This document shows positions 42,817-48,646 of a stretch of DNA of 48,646 nt, piece by piece. Made by a program: the position numbers and the translations under genes. Below the pieces are notes generated by a model. The model was not told the DNA's origin and did no database searches. It worked only from the letters and a program-made list of their open reading frames with translations. Origin of the DNA: Trichomonas gallinae (lineage: Eukaryota); assembly GCA_008369845.1 (NCBI GenBank), contig MRSU01010131.1:1-48646 (forward strand), in the 5' to 3' direction. The stretch's first letter is position 1, and every line of letters begins with the position of its first letter.

Positions 42817-44922
42817 TTATTGCTGGAGTGCTAAAAGAGCACTCCTCAATGCACTTAATGCTGTCGCTTCCATTATATTTGACTTGATTTCTTCAAATTC
42901 GCAGTTTGGAATATCAATGACATCGAGTGCCCATTTATCAGTTTCCACTGGGTCATCTTCTAGTTGCAGTTCTCTTTCACGGAGAAGTGGTAAATAGTCG
43001 GAAAGCGGTGCCGGAATCATCATGCAGCCTTTCGCATCTTCAGGTGTCGTTCTTTTCACTTTCTTGACTCTATCCGCGAAATCAGAGCCAGCGAGTGTCA
43101 AGTTCTCAGGTAGATTGCGTGCTTCGAACTGGAAATGGAATTTCGACCTGAATTCAACGACTTTTCCAAGGTCTGAATGCTTTCTTTGCGCGAAATAAAA
43201 GTCTGACATTGGAACAGGCGCAGGAATCTTCATTTGTCTCTTGGAAAACTCTTGCTGTAAAGATTGATACGATTTAGAACTGATTATCTGGTTTTCATCC
43301 ATTATTATCCCATCGAACTTGTTAAGATAAGGAATAACAGTATTAAAGTTATTATCACCAATGTTATTGCCTGAAAAATCGATATATTTCACTCTTTTTG
43401 TCTTTGAAGCCGCGATAATTGTGTCGACAGCTTGTTCGCATATCTTCTTCTGTCCATCGCCTGATATATCGAGGAATTCTATGTTGCTGCTTGCAGTGAA
43501 GAAATCAACAGCACTGCCACCTTCCAAATGCCCTCCAACAGATAAGAATTTGATCTGCGACTTGCAGATTGATTTGACGAAATTTTGGCAGATAGGATTA
43601 TCAGACCAAGAAAGAGAAATCAAATTTTTGACCGGAAGTTTCTCGTTGAAGAATGAATTCCAGTGGTCTTTAGTCATTGATGCCCTGCAGACGGACAATG
43701 AAATCGGCATAGTGTGCTTCTCGACGATATTCAGCAATTCCATCAATGAACGATCAGTCCATGATATATCATCTAAAATCAGCTTGTTTAATTTAGCTGG
43801 TAAAGCTAATTCTGATCCTACTAAAAGCTTCCTGCATCTACTGCCTGAAAGATCTGCTGTTACAATATGTGTTGATGACATCAAAGTTTTGAACAGTTTT
43901 GACAAATTTAATCCACTGCCGCGCAAATATAGATGCTTCAATAAACTAAGTGTGTTGAGAAGTTCTGGACGCTTATCCATGCGGATTGTTGTCATTCCTA
44001 TCCTGCGTGCACTGCTTGTTGACGATAAAGCTGTGAAGAATGCATTTACTTCGCTTTCACGGCAGTTGAATGAGATTTTTTCGAATCCGATAAATCTCAC
44101 TGAACTTTTTACGAAGAAAGAAGAAATTATGTCTAAATGCTCTTTTGTTAGCGCTAAGCTCTTGAATTCAATTCTTTCGAAGTTCTTCTTTAAAAGAGAA
44201 GATAAACAGGTTGCGAAATATTCATCAGGTAATGTGAGAAACGTGAGATACTTAATATTTGCTAGATATTGGACATTCTGCGCAATGTTGCTGTAGTAAG
44301 AGTTGGTTGTTTCCCCATCAATGACTAATGAAGATATGAAATCGAATGGGTAAATTGCGAAGAGTAAAACATCGAGCATATTTTCTACACCAGGGAGTTC
44401 TGATATAACAACAGTTTTGGGTTTTCTTTCGAAATATTTATTTATCAGTTGGAAAAGTTCAAGGGAAACTGGCGCATTTTTAGTTAAAGCCTTAGAGTAG
44501 AATCTTTTTGCAATATTTATTTCTGGACTAAACTGCTTGAATGAAACATGTAATTCTGGAGCAATTAAAGGAAGCTCATCTGTGAGAAGAATCTGCCATA
44601 ATTGTGTCATAAATATGCTCATTATATCTTGGGGATAAGGAAATTTGAGTATTATTGGTTTTTTGTTTGAAAATGAAAATCTCAGTTCGTCAGATTCATT
44701 TAATTCAATTCTTTCGATCGAAATCAAGTATTCTTTAGCGCGCATGATAAGTTGGCATTGAGTATCATACCTTAATATGTATAATGAAATATCAGAAATG
44801 ATAACTAAACCATCTGCGCTCATATCATTCAGTCCAACTGGCATCCAGTTAGCGAACATGATTATTTCCTTCGTTGTATCAATGATTTTCTGAATTTGTT
44901 GTGATTCATTAAGTGATGTCAT
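42817..44922 (-). CDS. Leucine-rich repeat protein (RNI-type, CARMIL-like layout)
   Basis: Repeated LxxLxL motifs (LKHLYLRGSGL, IEFLDISGD, VKYIDFSGNNIGD) after a PH-like beta-rich N-terminus. Confidence 0.75.
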   Translation of the reverse strand: MTSLNESQQIQKIIDTTKEIIMFANWMPVGLNDMSADGLVIISDISLYILRYDTQCQLIMRAKEYLISIERIELNESDELRFSFSNKKPIILKFPYPQDIMSIFMTQLWQILLTDELPLIAPELHVSFKQFSPEINIAKRFYSKALTKNAPVSLELFQLINKYFERKPKTVVISELPGVENMLDVLLFAIYPFDFISSLVIDGETTNSYYSNIAQNVQYLANIKYLTFLTLPDEYFATCLSSLLKKNFERIEFKSLALTKEHLDIISSFFVKSSVRFIGFEKISFNCRESEVNAFFTALSSTSSARRIGMTTIRMDKRPELLNTLSLLKHLYLRGSGLNLSKLFKTLMSSTHIVTADLSGSRCRKLLVGSELALPAKLNKLILDDISWTDRSLMELLNIVEKHTMPISLSVCRASMTKDHWNSFFNEKLPVKNLISLSWSDNPICQNFVKSICKSQIKFLSVGGHLEGGSAVDFFTASSNIEFLDISGDGQKKICEQAVDTIIAASKTKRVKYIDFSGNNIGDNNFNTVIPYLNKFDGIIMDENQIISSKSYQSLQQEFSKRQMKIPAPVPMSDFYFAQRKHSDLGKVVEFRSKFHFQFEARNLPENLTLAGSDFADRVKKVKRTTPEDAKGCMMIPAPLSDYLPLLRERELQLEDDPVETDKWALDVIDIPNCEFEEIKSNIMEATALSALRSALLALQQ

Positions 44923-45000
44923 CGAGAATTAAATAAATATGAAATAAAAAACTATTTGTTTTTATCGGATTTTAACATAATTATTTATTATATTATCAAA

Positions 45001-45513
45001 TTAGCAGTAATTCATTCCATTCATACAATATTCCTTGAATTTCTTCCAAAATAGAGGCTTATCATTCATGAAGTCTCTATTAGCTTCAACGTTCTCTGGC
45101 GATTGTGGATTTGGATCGCCAAGCATTGAAATAACAGAGATAACAATTGTCTCGACTGTATGAATAGGGAGCCATCTCTCTCTTTCAAGCTCTTGTTCGT
45201 TGAATCTGTCAACACCTGGCTCATGAAGAATGGAAATGCAAACTCTTCCATCTTTATTTATATTTGGATGCCACATTGGGCAGTTAAATTTCATTTTCGG
45301 CGGCATGTTTGGAAACTCTACTGGGAAGGTGATCTCTGCTGGAAGGAATGAGTCAGCAATAACTGTTCCAGGCTGACCGATGATTGTAACGCGCCACTTA
45401 AATACATCGTTGTCGATAAGTCCGCACGAGAAGTATGGGCATGGGTTCTTTTGGAGATCCCTGTACATCCTTTGGAGGATGTTGGATGCAAAGCGTCTCT
45501 GTTTATCAGTCAT
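45001..45513 (-). CDS. UBE2G1: Ubiquitin-conjugating enzyme E2, Ubc7/UBE2G class
   Basis: WHPNI..DGRVCISILH catalytic motif, acidic-loop insertion, ERWLPIHTVETI. Confidence 0.9.
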   Translation of the reverse strand: MTDKQRRFASNILQRMYRDLQKNPCPYFSCGLIDNDVFKWRVTIIGQPGTVIADSFLPAEITFPVEFPNMPPKMKFNCPMWHPNINKDGRVCISILHEPGVDRFNEQELERERWLPIHTVETIVISVISMLGDPNPQSPENVEANRDFMNDKPLFWKKFKEYCMNGMNYC

Positions 45514-46299
45514 CTGTCAAAATATTTTTTTTTAAATGGTCATGCAATTTATATCCAAAAAACTGCGTATTTTTGAACCACAAATTTATATATTGTTGAT
45601 ATAAATGCGTTTCACGGAAATCCTATAAAAGTAACATTATGCCATGTAAAATTTTAAAACTGACATGTAAAGTTAGAAATCACAATATATTTTTGAAAAA
45701 AAATAACGATAAATAAATGTGATTATATAAACACTTTATGCACCAAACCAAATGCATGGGACTTGCTTTACTTGTCAGATCGTTCAAAATTCATACAGGG
45801 AAATAATATAATGAATTATCCAAAGTGGTTCTGGTAAAATTATAACAGAAACATTTAGGTACTTTTAGATAATGAATATATTGGTATGCATTGTATATGT
45901 TTTTATTCACTATTCGTGATTTGAATTGATTTGATATCTAATGTATACTCACACACATATATAAAGAGTATCACGTGAATTTAAATAATATACATGAACA
46001 ATAGAATATATGATAGAATATTTTGAAAATTATCAAAATCTTATCGTATCATTATGTTTACATAACGCTCACTATATTTATGAATTTTTATGAATTTTTT
46101 AGAGGTATAAGCTTTTAAATTGATGTTTTTGATTAATTTTGGAATTAGATTAATGTTAAAAGTAGCCATTTGCATGAAGAACCAGGTGTCCTGGGTTATA
46201 GAAACACAATGATATAATTAAAAAAGCCAAATAATGTATAGATTTCGAGAATAAAAAAGATTACATCAGAGAAACGTGACAACAGATTTTATAATTTAC

Positions 46300-47286
46300 A
46301 TGACTGAGATTCCATTGTCGAATACTCGCAAGAAAATCGCCTTCAGCCAGGAACAGTTCGATCTATCGAACAAAACGGATCAAACGACGACACCAATGTC
46401 CCCTAAACTCGTTCCAATGGCCCAGCCCAATTCTCCGAAGCTTTCTCCTACACAACCAAATGTAAATGTTAACAAACTCAACGCAAAAATCCAAGCTCTT
46501 GAACTCCAGATCGATTCGCTGAACAATGAAAATAATAAATTAATCGTTGAAATGAATAACATGACAAACAAGCACAATACTGAAGTGCAAAAGCTCCTCT
46601 TTGAACATGGCCAAAAAGAAAATGAATTTAAAGAAAAATTGGCCAAAGCACAACAAGAAGCTGCTCAATGCAAGAGACAGCTCGAGTTAAACGTTGCAGC
46701 TATGACAAAGAAGGATGAGAGAATTGAAAATCTCAAAGGAATCATAGCTAGAAAGGAAAGCGAAATCATTAATCTTAAATCTCGCTTAATAGACTCAGGC
46801 GAGTCAATACAAGGCCTCCAAGTTTTGGAAGAAGAGAATAAGAGACTTTCAGACATCAATAAAACGCTCGAAGAGGGAAGATCAAGAGAAAGAATGAACT
46901 ACCAGACTTCTGTCAATCTTGTCAAGGCAGAATGCGCTGACCAAGTTAAGATTCTTACAAAGAGACTCGCCGCTGTTGAAGAAACATTGAAGGATACAGT
47001 GACTCAAAAGAATATTCTTGAGTCATCAATTTTGGAAGCACAAGAGAACTCGAAATGCGTTCTCCATGAGTCTAAAGTCCTTCTCAAGAAAGTTGGTGAG
47101 TTAGAACAACAAAATTCCCAACTCAAGAGTGAAAATTCCGCGTTAGCCTCAAAGAATTCTTCTTTACTGAGTGAAATCCAACAGCTGTCACAGCTCTCAA
47201 CCAGCAAGATTGAAGCTTCCCCAGCATCATCACCTCAGATGAAAGTTGATCTTGTCAGTGGCTCCCCGAAGAAGAAAAAGATTTAA
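46300..47286 (+). CDS. Coiled-coil protein with SP/SPK motifs and basic C-terminus
   Basis: First ATG at 46300; long heptad pattern; SPK repeats at the N-terminus; ends SPKKKKI (NLS-like). Confidence 0.85.
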   Translation: MTEIPLSNTRKKIAFSQEQFDLSNKTDQTTTPMSPKLVPMAQPNSPKLSPTQPNVNVNKLNAKIQALELQIDSLNNENNKLIVEMNNMTNKHNTEVQKLLFEHGQKENEFKEKLAKAQQEAAQCKRQLELNVAAMTKKDERIENLKGIIARKESEIINLKSRLIDSGESIQGLQVLEEENKRLSDINKTLEEGRSRERMNYQTSVNLVKAECADQVKILTKRLAAVEETLKDTVTQKNILESSILEAQENSKCVLHESKVLLKKVGELEQQNSQLKSENSALASKNSSLLSEIQQLSQLSTSKIEASPASSPQMKVDLVSGSPKKKKI

Positions 47287-47510
47287 ATAGCCTCCGATCA
47301 CAACCAAAATTTTACCAAAGACTAAAGTGTGTGTTTTACTGTTGAAATTTTTATAATATTTTTTTATTTCTCAGGGAGATGCTCAAAAACTGATTAATGA
47401 TTAACAAAGATATTACATGTGTTATCATTTTTTGTTATGAACCCATGAAATTAAATAAATATGACAAAAATTTGTAAATTGTTCATAAAATCCACTACTA
47501 AACAATACAT

Positions 47511-47837
47511 TTATTTCATGTTGAGCTGAGTAACTTTCATCTTGATTGGTCTGCCTTCTGGACGAGGTAAGTTGTCATTATCTTGGAAAGGATAAACAGA
47601 GTAGACTAAAAAGATTGTCTTACCTTCCTTACCAACGAACTTGAAGCCAGAGCAGTTTTGAATATCGCATTTCTGGTTTCTGATGAAATGATCACGAATT
47701 GTATCTTGATCATCCTGGCAGAGCATGTTATAGTATTTGTTAGCGATTTCATCGTTTGTTGTGCATTTAAGGAGTTCAGAGGAGAAGAGTTCGATCTTCT
47801 CTTCGATCTGTGGAACGTGCCATGTAGCGTTTCCCAT
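47511..47837 (-). CDS. Hypothetical protein (108 aa)
   Basis: Coding-like codon usage, TCATT Inr 4-8 nt upstream, stop within TAAA; Gly2 suggests possible myristoylation. Confidence 0.7.
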   Translation of the reverse strand: MGNATWHVPQIEEKIELFSSELLKCTTNDEIANKYYNMLCQDDQDTIRDHFIRNQKCDIQNCSGFKFVGKEGKTIFLVYSVYPFQDNDNLPRPEGRPIKMKVTQLNMK

Positions 47838-48646
47838 TTGAATGAATTAAATTTTATATTTTTGTTAATTTTACATCTATAGAAAAACTATTTTGTAAAA
47901 TAAACATGAAAATACAACCAATTATACTATAAATCATATAATGTTTGATTAATTATTGAATTCACTCGATTTTTTTTCTGAAAAGTTACTACGTAAAGAT
48001 CTCAATTTTTGTTATGAACGATATACTTTTTCATAATCATTTTTTGAATTTTTATATATTCATAATTAACAGTTATTTAACCGGCATATTTTCACTAATA
48101 TTGCCGATAAAACTTAAATATACTCAAAAGAAAAATTCCTTAATATTCGTACTTATTATAGTTATCTGATATTAAATATTACATTTTTGAGAAATTTCGA
48201 ATTTTTACGTAAACTTTACAAATTAATTCATTTTTTATTTCACTTGAAGTTCAAGATATCAAGCAGCAAATAGTAAAGAAATACATCAATTCTTAATGAA
48301 ATAGTATGGTACTAATCAAAAATGCTCAAATCCTTCGACAAAATAAATTTGAATTTTTGAATTTCATAATTATTAAATTCAACTACTTCACATCGTTTCA
48401 ATTATCAGCAAATGTATTACAGATAAGTCTACGAATTCATTTAATCAATATATTTTTTTGAAAAATTAAAATTGATGAAATTCGTTTCTTTTAAAACAAA
48501 AAATACAAATTACAAGCTCTTAATACTCTACTATTTTTATTTTAGACAAAAAAAAAAAAATTAAAAAAAAGGTATGGAAACTAATAACCTTATTTTAACG
48601 GACGAATGTTGATGGTGCAAAAGTTTTACACAACACAGATAGCTGG

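Noticed and set aside
43361..44296. 311-aa antisense ORF inside the LRR gene
   Set aside because: Lies exactly antisense in frame to a Leu/Ser-rich real gene, starts at TTG and has no recognisable motifs; typical shadow ORF

Overview
Eukaryotic, AT-rich, gene-dense DNA, most likely from a parabasalid (Trichomonas vaginalis-like). The basis is long intron-free ORFs, TCAYW initiator elements just upstream of ATGs, a DUF3447/ankyrin pseudogene, a GT61-type glycosyltransferase and a mariner-type MITE. About 21 protein genes can be supported, with family calls made by motif recognition and no database search: a Tyr/acidic-repeat protein missed by the ORF track, thioredoxin-domain membrane protein, DHHC palmitoyltransferase, TTC5-like TPR protein, coiled-coil/SH3 protein, CSN2-like PCI protein, CAMK and GSK3-like kinases, epimerase-like/GT-A fusion, DEK1-like calpain with ~23 TM segments, GT61, HEAT solenoid, Nup210, RasGAP-VPS9 protein, LRR protein, UBE2G-type E2, and several hypotheticals. 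The least explained structure is non-coding. (1) An ankyrin gene carries AT-rich repeat inserts at the same beta-hairpin position of successive repeats. (2) A TGACAYGTAAA motif forms 20-21 bp phased arrays upstream of many genes. (3) Two dispersed hairpin-bearing repeat families and several ~60-bp palindromes occur, some with GNA/GNNA loops. No tRNA, rRNA, CRISPR array or canonical trichomonad intron was detected by eye.
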